DNA from: Dendrobates tinctorius
Taxonomy: Eukaryota
Assembly (NCBI RefSeq): GCF_039654945.1
Contig: NW_027361688.1
Coordinates: forward strand, 1,426,001 to 1,490,000
DNA: 64,000 nt
Reading direction: 5' to 3'
Below the pieces are notes generated by a model. The model was not told where the DNA came from. It made no database searches and saw nothing but the letters and a program-made list of their open reading frames with translations. Shown here piece by piece: positions 27,015-42,374 of this stretch; position 1 is the first letter of the stretch; the number at the start of each line of letters is the position of its first letter. Made by a program: the position numbers and the translations under genes.

Positions 27015-28810
27015 ATTAAAGAAAAGAGCCGTTGAAAGAGCCGGCTCTTTATGGTCAGCGGAGCCGGATCGCCAAAAAGAGCCGAACTTCCCATCACTAG
27101 TTCAGAAAAAACACTGAGGTAGCAGGAAGGGGAGGGATATTTAACCTCTTTGTGTTCCTGTCCCCTATTAGGACGGGGAGACAACCTCCAAGGTGGCTGT
27201 CGTGGAAGGTTCCTAGAAACCGAATTACCGGTAAGTCTTATACTATTTTTTTTCCACAAAAATTATCTTTTCGCCCCCAAATTTTTATTTTTACAAGGGT
27301 AACAGGGGAAATCATACCCCCACAGTTGTTGTGTGATTTGTCCTGAGTACGCTGATACCCCATATGTGGGGGGGAACCACTGTTCGGGCGCTTGGGAGAG
27401 CTCGGAAGGGAAGGAGTGCCATTTTGGAATGTAGACATTAATGGAATAGTCTGCGGGCGTCATGTTGCGTTTGCAGAGCGCCTGATGGGCCTAAACAGTG
27501 GAAATCCCCCACAAGTGACCCCATTTTGGAAATTAGACCCCCTAAAGAACTTATGTAGATGTGTAGTGAGCACTTTGAACCCCCAAGCCCTTCACAGAAG
27601 TTTATAAACGCAGAGCCGTGAAAATAAAAAGTCTTTTATTTTCACAAAAGTGATTTTTTTAGACCCAATTTTTAGACCCCCAAAGTTGGTAAATAGTGGA
27701 AACCCCTCAATTCTTGCTCCAACCCTAATCCTAGTTCGCCCTAACCCTAATGGAAAACAAAAAAAAATTTTTCTTTATTTCGTTATGTTGGCTTAACTAA
27801 GGGGGTGATAAATGGGGGGATTATGTACTATTTTGATCACGATGATAGTTTATCAATCGTGATCAAAATGAATGAATGGAATCTGCCAGCCGGAGCCTGC
27901 AGATTCCCGTCGGGTGCACTGCTCATGCGCCCGCCATTTTCTCCGGATCCAAGATGGTGGCTCCCACCGGAGGACGCGGCACCACCGGGAGGGGTCCCTG
28001 GACCACAGAGAGGTACGGGGGGGATCGGGGACCCTAGTTCTCTCTCCTCTGATGTGCGATCACATCAGAGGAAAGAGAAATTTAATGCACAATTGCGGCT
28101 TGCTTTTTTTTTGCGGTCGCCGTTATAGGGTTAATAACGACGATCGCAAAAGCGGGGTCGGTAAAAAAACTACCGATTCATGTTCTCTGGGGTCTCGGCT
28201 ACCCCCGGCAGCCGAGACCCCGGAGAAAATCCGACACTGGGGGGGCGCTATTCACTTTCTCCACAGCGCCGTGAATTAGCGGTGCTGTGGTTTTAGTACA
28301 GTTAAATACCGCCGTTAAAAGGTGTATCGGCAGTCGCTAAGGGGTTAACATGTGGATAACATACTACCATAATTATACATCCCAGTTATGGTGGCGCACA
28401 GTAATGTGCAGCAGCTGCCTGTGTTTTCCAGTCGATGCTCCACTGTATCAGGGATAACGGCTAAGGTATTTGCATACAGCTGTAGGGGCCCAGACACCCC
28501 AGCCCTGGATACAGCACTAGATGGATGAAGGGTATCATTTACTTTATAGCAGTATGCAGCACTATATAGACATGCACAGCATTAAATGGATGTTCATATA
28601 TGGTGGGTATACAGCAGTATAAGGAGAAATTACTGCACTATATGACGTTATATAGCAATGTTTGTGAACAGCACTATAAGGTGGTATACATGACAGATCA
28701 GTACACAGATCACATATGAGATCAGCGGCGTCAGCTCCTGTGGTGACGGTGTGGGTGGCTCTTAGAAGAGCCTTTGGGTTGTGTGGATGATACGGGGTCG
28801 GTGGCAGCGC

Positions 28811-29215
<405 letters not shown>

Positions 29216-29512
29216 TTATCAGCAGATAGAGAATGCTCTTGTGTGGGGAGTGCGCAGTCTCCTGCACCTTTTATAACCTGCTGCTGCCCCGCCTCCTCTC
29301 CTGCCATTGGCTGGATCTGAAGTCACCAATGGAAACAAGACTTGTGTACACACCAATGAGCTGCAGTGGGCAGAGATCATTACGTGTACTTTGGTCACAT
29401 GACTTTCTCACCCAATAACACAGCGATCTGACAGCATTGCTCATTTGCATAGCCGGTCTATAAATACGGCCGCTCTGGGAGGAGCAGGATCATTATTCTC
29501 TTTCTCCAGTGA

Positions 29513-29914
<402 letters not shown>

Positions 29915-30863
29915 TCTGCTCTGTGCTCTGCACCCACAACCCAAAGGCTCTTCTAAGAGCCACCCACCCCGTCTACAGCAGAGCTGTGGCTGCGTGTCTG
30001 TATCTCGCTCCTCTCCCTGGGGAATGTGTCTGCACTTACTGACACCTCGTGTGTTGGCTGGAGGAAGAGATCAGATCAATGTATCTGGCAATAGAGGTTG
30101 GGGATTAAAGGATAGTAAAATGGAGAGGGAGATGAGGGTTGTAGTGAGATGTAGAATGATGGGGAACATCAGGAATAGTCTGACAGTGGAGGAGCAGGTG
30201 CAGGCAGCCATAAATGATCGGTTGCTCTTCTCATTGAATCTGGTTCTCTCCCAGAGCGCTGGGGCCTGGTGTCCATTGTTCTGCTGATAGTAGGTGGAGA
30301 TGGGCTGTTGGCTCTTTGTAGTCAGCGATGTTTCCAGCAGTTTGTCCTCATTCTGATCAGAGCTCTCTGCACTTTCTCACTGACGTTCCTCTGATATTAC
30401 ACACCCTTTGCTCTGCTGATTGGTGGAGGCTCCTGACCAATAAGATCCCAAAGATTGATCTATTTCTAGGTCTGAATCTCACATTGTCATTGAGAAGCCG
30501 ATCACTTGATTATCGCAGCAGAACCTGTCACTGAGATAAATGAGCAGAGCACAATATGGAGGGTATAAAGCACAATATGGGGGTTTATAGCACTACATGG
30601 AGAAATATAGTGGTATATTACAGGTATACAGCAGTATATGGCGGTTATACGTTACTCTATGGATGGAGAGAATATAGCAGGTCCGGCTCTCGCATTGTAA
30701 TTACTCCGAGCAGGATGTCACCACGGAGAGGAATCAGGTTTCTGATTATTTTTAGTGTCATCCCTGTAGAAGCGGGAAAAGAACAAAACAATGAGCGGGA
30801 AATTCAAAATCACTAACATTTCTGTGATTGGCCAATCAGCAGAGGAAGGGGCGGGGCTGATAA

Positions 30864-31304
<441 letters not shown>

Positions 31305-32524
31305 TTGTATTCTCTTCTCTATCCTGACAACCCAAAGGCTCTTTTAAGAGCCACCCACATCTTCTGAGGAGAAGCTACAGCTCCTGGGGAGGGAGAGGCG
31401 GAAGGGGCTGCTGATAGTCCTGGGCTGGGATGATTGCAGCCTGTGCTGCTGCAGCTGGATACATTGCAGGCACTAATAGGTTAACACTGGGGGGGGGAGT
31501 AATCTGGAGCTGCCTGTGGGCAGAGCCATAGCCCTACTGAGTGCTGATTGGCTGAGCACATGGGCTGATGGTTTCTTCTGCTCTTTGTTCTCTGTAACAT
31601 GTGGTGTCAGGATGGCGGTGGTGGATCTGCTCTTGTCAGGCTTGGAGCTGTGATTACAGGGGTAGTTCCATCTCCAAGATCCTACATTAGCAAATACCTC
31701 CAATTAGAAATGTAGTATAGTTCTTCTGATTTGCTATTTCTCTTTCCTCCTGTGCAGTTATTGCAGAACCTTAGGTATCCATGATTACCAACACTAGCAA
31801 CTATATAACATAGATACCGAAGGTCCTGCAATGATTGCACATGAGGAAAGAGACAGCGAATCTGAAAAACTATACTATATTTCTAATATGAGGTAATTGC
31901 TATTATTATTCTACCTTCTCCATATTGGATAGTATCTTGGAGCTGGGAATACCCCTTTAAATATCTGGTAGTGGTGAGTGAACCATATATATGGGGTGAT
32001 AGTTTATATTTTTAGGGGTTATACAGCACTACATGGAGGGTAAACTACATCATGTGTCGGTATACAGAGCTATGTGGCGGTATACTACGCTATCTGGGGC
32101 AGAACAGCATATCAGGATTATACAGCGCTATATGGGGGTAAACAGTACAATATGGGGGTGGAAAGCATAGAGGCATCAACAGCACAATCTGTGTATACAG
32201 CACTGGATGAACGGGATTGTGAAGGAAACCATGTTGTCTCCATCTTGTTCCCTGAAGTAGCCATGTACATGGACTTTTCTCCCTGCATCCCCCAACCTTG
32301 AAGAACAAGTTCTGTCCTCTGTATTCCCACAGGCCACATCCATTGTGCTTGTCAGGACCACCCTGAATACCTGCAATTCTTCTGTTTACCTCTCTAGATA
32401 ACCAGAAACTTACATTATGTGTATAATAATAGCAGTGTGATTAACAGAACTGAGAAGAAGCGGACTCCTCATAATAGCATTTATCTCCATATATACAGAG
32501 GCGCTGGGAGCCGCACACTCAGTT

Positions 32525-34920
32525 CCATATGCTGCTGTATACCCCCATATAGTGCTATATACCCTCCATATCCAGCTATATACCCCCATATAGTGCTATA
32601 TACCCTCCATATCCTGCTGTATACCCCCATATAGTACTACATAACCTCCATATCCTGCTGTATACCCCCACATAGTGCTATATACCCTCCATATCCTGCT
32701 GTATACCCCCACATAGTGCTATATACCTCCATATCCTGCTGTATACCCCCATATAGTGCTATATACCCTCCATATCCTGCTGTATACCCCCATATAGTGC
32801 TATATACCCTCCATATCCTGCTGTATACCCCCATATAGTACTACATAACCTCCATATCCTGCTGTATACCCCCATATAGTGCTATATACCCTCCATATCC
32901 TGCTGTATACCCCCACATAGTGCTATATACCTCCATATCCTGCTGTATACCCCCATATAGCGCTATATACCTCCATATCCTGCTGTATACCCCCAAATAG
33001 TGCTATATACCCTCCATATACTGCTATATACCCTCCATATCCTGCTGTATACCCCCATATAGTGCTATATACCCTCCATATCCTGCTGCATACCCCCACA
33101 TAGTGCTACATACCCTCCATATCCTGCTGCATACCCCCATATAGTGCTACATACCCTCCATATCCTGCTGCATACCCCCATATAGTGCTACATACCCTCC
33201 ATATCCTGCTGTATACCCCATATAGTGCTATATCCCCTCCATATTCTGCTGCATACTCCCATATAGTGCTATATACCCTCCATATCCTGCTGCATACCCC
33301 CACATAGTGCTACATACCCTCCATATCCTGCTGCATACCCCCATATAGTGCTACATACCCTCCATATCCTGCTGCATACCCCCATATAGTGCTACATACC
33401 CTCCATATCCTGCTGTATACCCCCATATAGTGCTACATACCCTCCATATCCTGCTGTATACCCCATATAGTGCTATATACCCTCCATATCCTGCTGCATA
33501 CCCCCATATAATGCAACATACCCTCCATATCCTGCTGTATACCCCCATATGGTGCTATATACCCTCCATATCCTGCTGTATACCCCCATATACTGCTATA
33601 TACCTTCCATATCCTGCTGTATACCCCCATATAGTGCTATATACCTCCATATCCTGCTCTATACCCCCATATAGTGCTATGTACCCTCCATATCCTGCTG
33701 TATACCCCCTTATAGTGCTATATCCCCTCCATATCCTGCTGCATACTCCCATATAGTGCAACATACCTTCCATATCCTGCTGTATACCCCCATATAGTGC
33801 TATATCCCCTCCATATTCTGCTGTATACCCCCATATAGTGCTATATACCCTCCATATCCTGCTGCATACCCCCACATAGTGCTACATACCCTCCATATCC
33901 TGCTGCATACCCCCATATAGTGCTACATACCCTCCATATCCTGCTGCATACCCCCATATAGTGCTACATACCCTCCATATCCTGCTGTATACCCCCATAT
34001 AGTGCTACATACCCTCCATATCCTGCTGTATACCCCATATAGTGCTATATACCCTCCATATCCTGCTGCATACCCCCATATAATGCAACATACCCTCCAT
34101 ATCCTGCTGTATACCCCCATATGGTGCTATATACCCTCCATATCCTGCTGTATACCCTTCCATATACTGCTATATACCTTCCATATCCTGCTGTATACCC
34201 CCATATAGTGCTATATACCTCCATATCCTGCTCTATACCCCCATATAGTGCTATGTACCCTCCATATCCTGCTGTATACCCCCTTATAGTGCTATATCCC
34301 CTCCATATCCTGCTGCATACTCCCATATAGTGCAACATACCTTCCATATCCTGCTGTATACCCCCATATAGTGCTATATACCCTCCATATCCTGCTGTAT
34401 ACCCCCTTATAGTGCTATATCCCCTCCATATCCTGCTGCATACTCCCATATAGTGCAACATACCCTCCATATCCTGCTGTATACCCCTATATAGTGCTAT
34501 ATACCCTCCATATCCTGCTGCATACCCCCATATAATGCAACATACCCTCCATATCCTGCTGTATACCCCCATATAGTGCTATATACCCTCCATATCCTGC
34601 TGTATACCCCCATATACTGCTATATACCTTCCATATCCTGCTGTATACCCCCATATAGTGCTATATACCTCCATATCCTGCTGTATACCCCCATATAGTG
34701 CTATATACCCTCCATATCCTGCTGTATACCCCCTTATAGTGCTATATCCCCTCCATATCCTGCTGCATACTCCCATATAGTGCAACATACCTTCGATATC
34801 CTGCTGTATACCCCCATATAGTGCAACATACCCTCCATATCCTGCTGTATACCCCTATATAGTGCTATATCCCCTCCATATCCTGCTGCATACCCCCATA
34901 TAGTGCTATATACTCTCCAT
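32525..34920. repeat. 41-bp minisatellite (unit B copy, longer)
   Basis: Same unit as 14315-15925, with higher-order block duplications. Confidence 0.97.
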
Positions 34921-35792
34921 TGTGTGAAGAGTGTGTAATAGGGGAAGAGAGAGAGAGAATTTTTCAGCCGCCCGAACAGAGTTTAGGGTTAAATTTGCGG
35001 CCGAGGGAAGTCCTCCGGGCATGCGCAATGTAAAATGCGGATCTGGCCGCCCGAAAAAACGTTGCATTGTCCTTCCAGGCATGTCGGCGGACGCCAACAT
35101 TTTGGTGGATCCGCAAAAAAACGGATCCAACGGATGGCCATCCGTCAAGATCCGCCGGTAATGCAACTCAATGGGCAAAACGGATCCGCTAATCAAAATG
35201 GCGGATCCGGGTTTTTTTGAAAAACGGCGGATTTTGACTGATGGTAACATACGGATGTGTGAAACAGGCCTAACCAGCAGATCACTGGAGGAAGAGGGCA
35301 CTAGGACCCAGCGCCCCCATCTGGATTCCATATTCTGGATGTTACCCCTGTATAAATAAGTTGTGAGGTCAGAATATATTGGAATATTGGATGTTATCTC
35401 TTTATACAGACTATACAGCAAGTCAATGGGAAAAAACAGGTCCAGCGGTATCAGTCGCTGGATCCGGTTTTTTTTCAAAATTCGACGGATCTGTGAAAGG
35501 GGCCTGAGTCTGAAGCAATGGTTATCTTATATGATCCACAAAGACCAAGTGGGATTGAAGACAAGGCGGCGGACAGCACCAGAAGGACAGTCAATCTCCT
35601 AGAAATAGTTAAAAAAAATCTGGAAAATCTACTGTCTTCCTGAGTTTGGATGCATTCTTCGGATCGGTGCGGTTTCCAATGGTCGGATTCCATTGATCAA
35701 CAAGTTATCACCTCCTTAACCCCTTAGCGACAGAGCCAGTTTGCAGCTTAATGACTGGGCCAATTTTTACAATTCTGACCACTGTCCCTTTA

Positions 35793-36170
35793 GGGTGTGT
35801 GCACACGCTGCGGAATCCGCTGCGGATTAATCCGCACGGATTTTGCAAAAACCGCAGATAATCCGCAGGTCAAAAGACCTGCTTATTAGCTGCGGTTTTG
35901 CCTGCAGTTTGGTCCTGCGGATTCACTATCTCCACAATGGTGGAGATAGGAACCCGTAGCGGTTTCCGCAGAAAGAATTGACATGCAATTCTTTCTGCGG
36001 ATTCAAAACCGCAGCAAATCCGCGCGGATTTTTCCGCAGCGTCGGCACAGCGTTTTTTTTTCCCCATTCATTTGAATGGTACTGTACACCGCAGCTAAAG
36101 CTGCAGCGGGTCCGCAGCGGCCAAAACCGCTGCGGAAACGCAGCGGAATCCGCAGAGTGTGCACGTACCT
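35793..36170. mobile_element. Harbinger-type MITE specific to unit B
   Basis: Imperfect TIR GGGTGTGTGCACAC / GTGTGCACGTACCT with TTA TSD. Empty site at about 16758 in unit A. Confidence 0.9.
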
Positions 36171-38021
36171 TTATGAGGTTATAACTCTGGAACACTTTAA
36201 TGGATCCCGCTGATTCTGACATTGTTTTTTCGTGACATATTGTACTTCATGTTAGTGGTAAAATTGCTTCGATAAGTCTTGTGTTTATTTATGAAAAAAA
36301 TGGAAATATAGCGAAAATTTTGCAATTTTAAAACTTTAAATTTTTATGCCCTTAAATCAGAGAGAGGTGTCACAAAAATTTCTTAATCAGTAACATTTCC
36401 CACATGTCTACTTTACATCACCACAATTTTGGAAGCAAAATTTTTTCTTGTTATGAAATTATAAGGGTTAAAAGTTGACCAGCGATTTCTCATTTTTACA
36501 ACAAAATTTACAAAACCATTTTTTTTAGGGACCACATCATATTTAAAGTCATTTTGAGGGGTGTACATTACAGAAAATACCCAAAAGTGGCACCATTCTA
36601 AAAACTAGACCCCTCAAGGTGCTCAAAACCACATTCAAGAAGTTTATTAACCCTTTAAGTGCTTCACAGGAACTAAAGCAATGTGGAAGGAAAAAATTAA
36701 CATTTAACGTTTTTTGCAAAAAATTTACTTCAGAACCAATTTTTTTTATTTTTACAAATGTTAAAAGAGAAAATCAACCACAAAATTTGTTGTACAATAT
36801 CTCCTGACTACGCCGATACCCCATATGTGGGGGTAAACCACTTTTTGAGCACACGGCAGAGCTCGCAAGGGATGGAGCGCCGTTTGACTTTTTCAATGCA
36901 GAATTGGCTGGAATTGAGATCGGATGCCAAGTTGTGTTCGGAGAGCCCTTAATGTGCCTAAACAGTGGAAACCTCCAACAAGTGACCCATTTTGGAAACT
37001 AGACCCAAAAAATGATCTTTTCGCCCCCAAATTTGTATTTTTACAATGGTAACAGGAGAAATCATACCCCCACAGTTATTGTGCGATTTGTCCTGAGTAC
37101 GCTGATACCCCTTATGTGGGGGGGAACCACTGTTTGGGCGCATTGGAGAGCTCGGAAGGGAAGGAGTGCCATTTTGGAATGCAGACTTTGATGGAATGGT
37201 CTGCGGGCATCATGTTGCGTTTGCAGAGCCCCTGATGGGCCTAAACAGTGGAAACCTCCAACAAGTGATCCCATTTTGGAAACTAGACCCATTAAGGGAC
37301 TTATCTAGATGTGTTGTGAGCACTTTGAACCTTCAAGTGCTTCACAGAAGTTTATAACGTAGAGCCGTGAAAATAAAAAATCCATTTTCTCTAGTCACCT
37401 TCCACGACAGCCACCTTGGAGGTTGTCTCCCCGCCCTAATAGGGGACAGGAACACAAAGAGGTTAAATAACCCTCCCCTTCCTGCTACCTCAGTGTTTTT
37501 CCTGTCCCCTATCGAGGCATGAAGAGGTCACAAGGGGCTGCCGTGGCCAGCGAGCGGAGCCCCTATGTACTCACAGAGCTGGGCAGCCGAGGTCAGGGGG
37601 TTCGCCTCTCCTCCATGGGCTGCTCCCGTCTCCACCGCGGTGTGACTCAGGACTTCTGCCGCCCTTCCTGCACCCTCCGGGGTAAAGCGGGGCGGTATGG
37701 TGCCTGCCGGGGTCCTGCATAGCTCCCCGGCTTCCTCCTTCCTCCCAGCGCCGCATTGGAGCCGTGCGCGTCAGAGGGGGCGGGCAATCGACCGGAGGTA
37801 GCGGTGGCGCGCACTTCCGGTTTGCAGCCTCCGGCGTCCTGTGAGGGGGAAACGCGCGGCGGGACCCGGGGGACCTGGGAAATGAATCCAATGGTGGCGG
37901 GGGTCGAGCGGTATCCTCCCCAGGGAAGGATGGAGTAGCACCCAGCAAACGAACGCAGCATCATCCTTAAAAGGGTGCAGCAGCTCCAGGTAAGCGCAGT
38001 GTCTCTGTGGTGTGTGCAGAC

Positions 38022-39419
38022 ATGGATGGTGAGAAGCCCTCAACTGCAGCATCTGCGGAGCCCAGCGTTCCCCCTCCTACAGTGAGTAGCAGGGCCGGTC
38101 CCTTGTCTGTCAAATAGTTGATGGCACAGGTCTGAGTAAGCCTTTTCTTCTTCTTGCAGGAAGACAAGGCCTCTGTCCCTAAACACCCCCGCAAGTGTGG
38201 TATATGTGGTGCCAGGTTTCCTTCTGACTACAAAAAGAAGTTATGCCAACCTTGTACGCAAAATATCCTGCGTACCGAGCAACCCTCCCTGTTTGACAGC
38301 ATAAAAACTCTCATTAGGCAGGAGGTTCAAACCTCCATAGCAGCCTAAACCCCGGTGGCCCAGGGCCCTGCCCCAAAAAAGAGGAAAAGGGCTCCTATAG
38401 AAGCCGACTCAGACTCGGGAGAAGTCCGTTCCTCAGGATCGGAGGATATTTGGGAAAATGAGGGCTCCACGTCCGCCTCCAGTCATGATGCAAAAAAATA
38501 CTATTTCTCCTCGGCGGATATGGAGGAGTTAGTCTCCATGGTAAGAAATACCATGGGGTTGGAGGAGGAGGAGGTCAGGCTCCCAGTTCAGGATGAGATG
38601 TTTGGAGGGTTGAAACCCAGAGGTAGAAAGGGTTTCCCGGTTCATGAGGTTATACAGGACCTAATAGCTCAGGAGTGGTCCTCCCCCGAGAAGGCACTTA
38701 CGGTGCCTTCTGAGCTAAAAAATCGGTTTCCCCTAGAAGGTGATAGTTCTATTTGGGAGATCCCTAAGATAGACGTCCAAGTGTCTAAGGTCACTAAGAA
38801 AACGTCCTTGCCCTTTGAGGATGCTTCCCAATTGAAAGACCCAATGGATCGCAAAATAGAAAGCCACCTTAAAAAGTCCTGGGAAGCTTCTACGAACCTG
38901 CTCAAGGCAAATATTGCTTCCAACTGCGTAGCCAGATCTTTGTTTTTCTGGCTACGTACGTTGGAAGACCACCTATCGGGGGGTACCCCAAGAGAGGAAA
39001 TCTTAGACTCCCTGTCAATCCTCCAGAAGGCAACAGGTTATTTAGCTGATGCTTCAGGAGAACCTGTGCGGGTGGCAGCAAGGTCCCTAGTCCTTTCAAA
39101 CTCGGCCTGGAGAGCCTTGTGGCTGAAGTCGTGGGGGGGCGACATCACCTCCAAGACGAAACTCTGCGCCATCGCCTTCCAGGGGCACCACGTGTTCGGG
39201 CCTGTCCAGGATGATATCCTTGAGAAGGCTTCCGACAAGAATAAGTCACTGCCAGAACAGAAATCCACCAAAAGGCGTTTTTTTTGTCGCTCAAGAGAAC
39301 AGACCTCTCAGAAGGCATTCAGAGGGAAGGGCAAGACGGGTCGTTGGAGCTACCCGAAAGGGGGTAAAGGAAGAAACATCCTTGTGCCCCAACAGCAGCA
39401 GCCCCCGGAGAAGCAGTGA
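38022..39419 (+). pseudogene. DIRS gag, copy 2; predicted two exons (38022-38081 and 38160-39419)
   Basis: Strong-Kozak ATG, GT-AG 78-nt intron, CxxC...CxxC motif, and a single in-frame TAA at 38346-38348. Confidence 0.75.
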
Positions 39420-39763
39420 CTCCTGGGTCGGGGGTCGACTCACAGCTTCTTGCCCAATGGCAGGCCACGACCTCGAACCTGTGAGTCCTGCACACTACTC
39501 AATTTGGGCAGAAACTGGAGTTCGAGCACCCCCCCCCCCGCATGCCCTAAGAATTACCCCGGCGCAGTCCCCCAAGCCTGCAAAACGTCCTGCTGCTTCA
39601 GATAGAACTTCTATGGGAAGGAGTGGTCTCGTATGTACCTCCACAAGAGGCGGGCAGAGGACATTACTCCCGCCTGTTCCTGATAAACAAACCCTCAGGA
39701 AAGCACAGGCTCATAATAAATCTAAAGCCCCTGAACCACTTCATCAAGTACTGAAGGTTCAAG

Positions 39764-41332
39764 ATGGAGTCAGTGAAATCAGCGATCCCTCTTTTTGGAC
39801 GAGGCTGGCAGATGGCTACAATAGATCTAAGGGACGCGTATTACCATGTTCCCATTCATCCAGACCACCTGAAGTTCCTGAGGTTCACGATCTCCCACGA
39901 CCAAGGAATCAGCCACCTCCAGTTCAATGCCCTGCCGTTTGGGGTATCCCCAGCACCAAGGGTGTTCACGAAGATCATGAAGGAAGCAGTCATCTCCATT
40001 CGGCTTCAGGGGATATGCATTGTGCCGTATCTAGACGATCTGCTGATCATCGCCCCATCGGTAACGCGGCTGAACCAGGACGTATCAAGAACCCTACAGA
40101 TACTCGAAACCCTAGGGTGGATACCGAATCTCCAGAAGTCGGCCCTCTATCCTTCCCCGAGGAAAAAATTCCTGGGGATCCTCTTGGATTCAGAAAAGAG
40201 GACGTCATTTCTTCCCAAAGACCGTCAAATAGACCTTCGGCAGAGAATAATCCGGTTCAGAGACCAAAGGGCACCTACGCTGAGGGATGCCATGTCCATC
40301 CTGGGTTCCCTGACAGCGTGCATTCAGGCGGTATCCTGGGCACAAGCTCACACGCGAGTCCTCCAGTCATACGTCCTGATAAACACGAGGAAGCACCCAA
40401 ACAACCAATCAAAGAGGGTTCCACTTCCAGAACATGTAAAATCGACCCTCTGGTGGTGGCTGAGCTACCGAAACCTGAGATGAAGAGTAAGCTGGGATCA
40501 GCTTCCTCTAAGAATATTATGTACCGATGCCAGTCTGAGAGGCTGGGGAGCCGTGGTTGAGGATTCATACTTCCAGGGGCAGTGGCCCCAGAACATAAGA
40601 TCCGGATCTTCGAACCTAAGGGAGTTGACGGCGGTGGAAGAGTCACTGAAGGCCGCATGAACCCTTGTCAAGAACCATCATGTTCAAATATACTCCGACA
40701 ACGTGACCACGGTGGCATATCTCAGACACCAAGGGGGCACAAGGTACGCCAGTCTAAAGAAAGTAGCAGCAAGGATCTTCCTCTGGGCAGAGAAGCACCT
40801 GTTATCCATTTCTGCGGTACACTTGAAGGGGTCGGAAAACATCTAGGCAGACTTCCTGAGCAGGAAGGACGTCCATCCAGGAGATTGGTGTCTAAACCAA
40901 GAGGTCTTCCAGGCTCTAGCCTCGAGATGGAGAGACCCAGAGGTAAACCTGTTCGCGAATGCGCAAAATACAAAAGCAGCGACCAATTTCTCCCTCTGTC
41001 CCACGAACGGAGCCCAGGGGACGGATGCATTTGCCCATCCATCGGTCTTCAGACTGGCCTACGCCTTTCCACCAATCCCGATGCTGGCAAAAATGTAACA
41101 AAAGATCAGCGCAGACGGGGTCACGGCAATCCTGGTGGCTCCCATGTGGCCAGGACGAAGCTGGTACAGCGCTCTGTTGGACATGGCCCAGGAAGGTCCC
41201 TTGCTTCTACCCCAGAAGACCGACCTCCTTTTCCAGGGTCCATTACTACACCAGAACCCAACCAAGTTATATCTAGCAGCTTGGTTATTGAGGCCAACAT
41301 TCTGAGGGCCAAAGGGTTGTCGAATGAGGTAA
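39764..41332 (+). pseudogene. DIRS RT/RNase H/MT, copy 2
   Basis: YLDD-containing RT with several stops downstream. Confidence 0.9.
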
Positions 41333-42302
41333 TCCGGACCCTTCAAAAAAGTAGAAAGCCGGTAACAAATGCAATTTACGGCAAAGTATGGAAAAAGATT
41401 TCCTCCTGGTGCCTTCCGGGGGCCCCTGACCCCACCCACCCAAATATTGCTCAAATACTAGACTTCCTGCAGAAAGGGTTAGATCTAGGGCTTACTCCAA
41501 GTACATTGAATGTACTGGTATCTGCCCTTAGTTCTTTTTTTTACCAAGACCTAGCCAAACACCGCTGGGTGAAGCGGTTCATGACAGCGGCAGGCAGAAT
41601 TCGCCCTTCGCTCCCTAATCGGGTTCCTCCCTGGGATCTTAATTTAGTGCTCAATAGCCTAACACAGGCCCTGTTTGAGCCCCTGTCAGAAATCCCATAA
41701 AAAATTCTCACACTTAAAACGGTGTTTCTGGCGGCAATCACATTGGCTAGACGGGTGGGGGAGCTGCAGGCCCTTTCAGTACAGGAACCTTACCTCCTAC
41801 TCAATTCAGACAGTATAGTACTGCGTCTAGACCCCTCCTGTATGCCCAAAGTGGTGTCAGACTTTCATAGAAGTCAAGATATCGTGTTGCCCTCATTTTG
41901 CCCAAATCCTTCTAATCCGAAGGAAGGAAAATTTCATACCTTGGATGTCCGCAGGGTAGTTCTCCGCTACCTCGAGGCAACCAAGGATTGGAGAATCGAT
42001 CAGAACCTGTTCCTTCAGTATTCGGGAAGAAAGCGGCAAAGAACACGATAGCGGGTTGGATCAAGCAGTCCATCTCCCTGGCATATTCTTCAAGACATCT
42101 CTCTCCTCCCGGATCGTTAAAAGCCCACTCCACTCGATCAGTCGCTACTTCCTGGGCAACAAGAGGAAATACGTCTTCGGAGCAGATATGCAGAGCGGCT
42201 ACCTGGTCCTCTGTGCACACCTTTACCAGACACTAGAGACTGGATTTCAATAGGGATCTGACGTTAGACAGACGCGTCTTGCAAGCCGTAGTCCCTCCCT
42301 AA
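40582..42302 (+). pseudogene. DIRS tyrosine recombinase, copy 2
   Basis: Fragments with ARRVGEL and AHSTRS. Contains stops and a frameshift. Confidence 0.9.
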
Positions 42303-42374
42303 AAAATTAACGTAGGCGTGACTCCAAGGTGGCTGTCGTGGAAGGTGACTAGAGAAAATAGAATTAGACTTACC

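Larger units (their letters stand above)
23099..27099. mobile_element. 4.0-kb non-autonomous hAT element inserted in DIRS copy 1
   Basis: TAGTGATG...CATCACTA termini, 8-bp TSD GTTCAGAA and GAGCCGGCTC subterminal motifs. The empty site is visible in copy 2 at about 48248-48255. Confidence 0.93.
18075..27250 (+). mobile_element. DIRS1-type tyrosine-recombinase retrotransposon, copy 1 (defective)
   Basis: Left ITR about 18075-18182, right ITR plus extension about 27105-27250, internal complementary region 22929-23012, gag/RT-RH-MT/YR frames. Inserted in a T-run with no TSD. Confidence 0.95.
16688..28344. mobile_element. Non-autonomous piggyBac-like element, expanded by nested insertions
   Basis: TTAA-CCCCTTAGCGAC ... 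GTCGCTAAGGGG-TTAA: 12-bp perfect TIR with TTAA TSD. Contains about 390-bp internal tandem units. No transposase seen. Confidence 0.88.

Noticed and set aside
32637-34788. Gly/Tyr-rich ORFs resembling keratin-associated or cuticle proteins
   Set aside because: By-products of the 41-bp repeat. The frames are broken constantly and there is no gene structure.
38346-38348. Programmed read-through of the TAA shared by both DIRS gag copies
   Set aside because: The copies derive from one insertion by segmental duplication, so a single earlier nonsense mutation explains it. UAA-A is also a poor read-through context.
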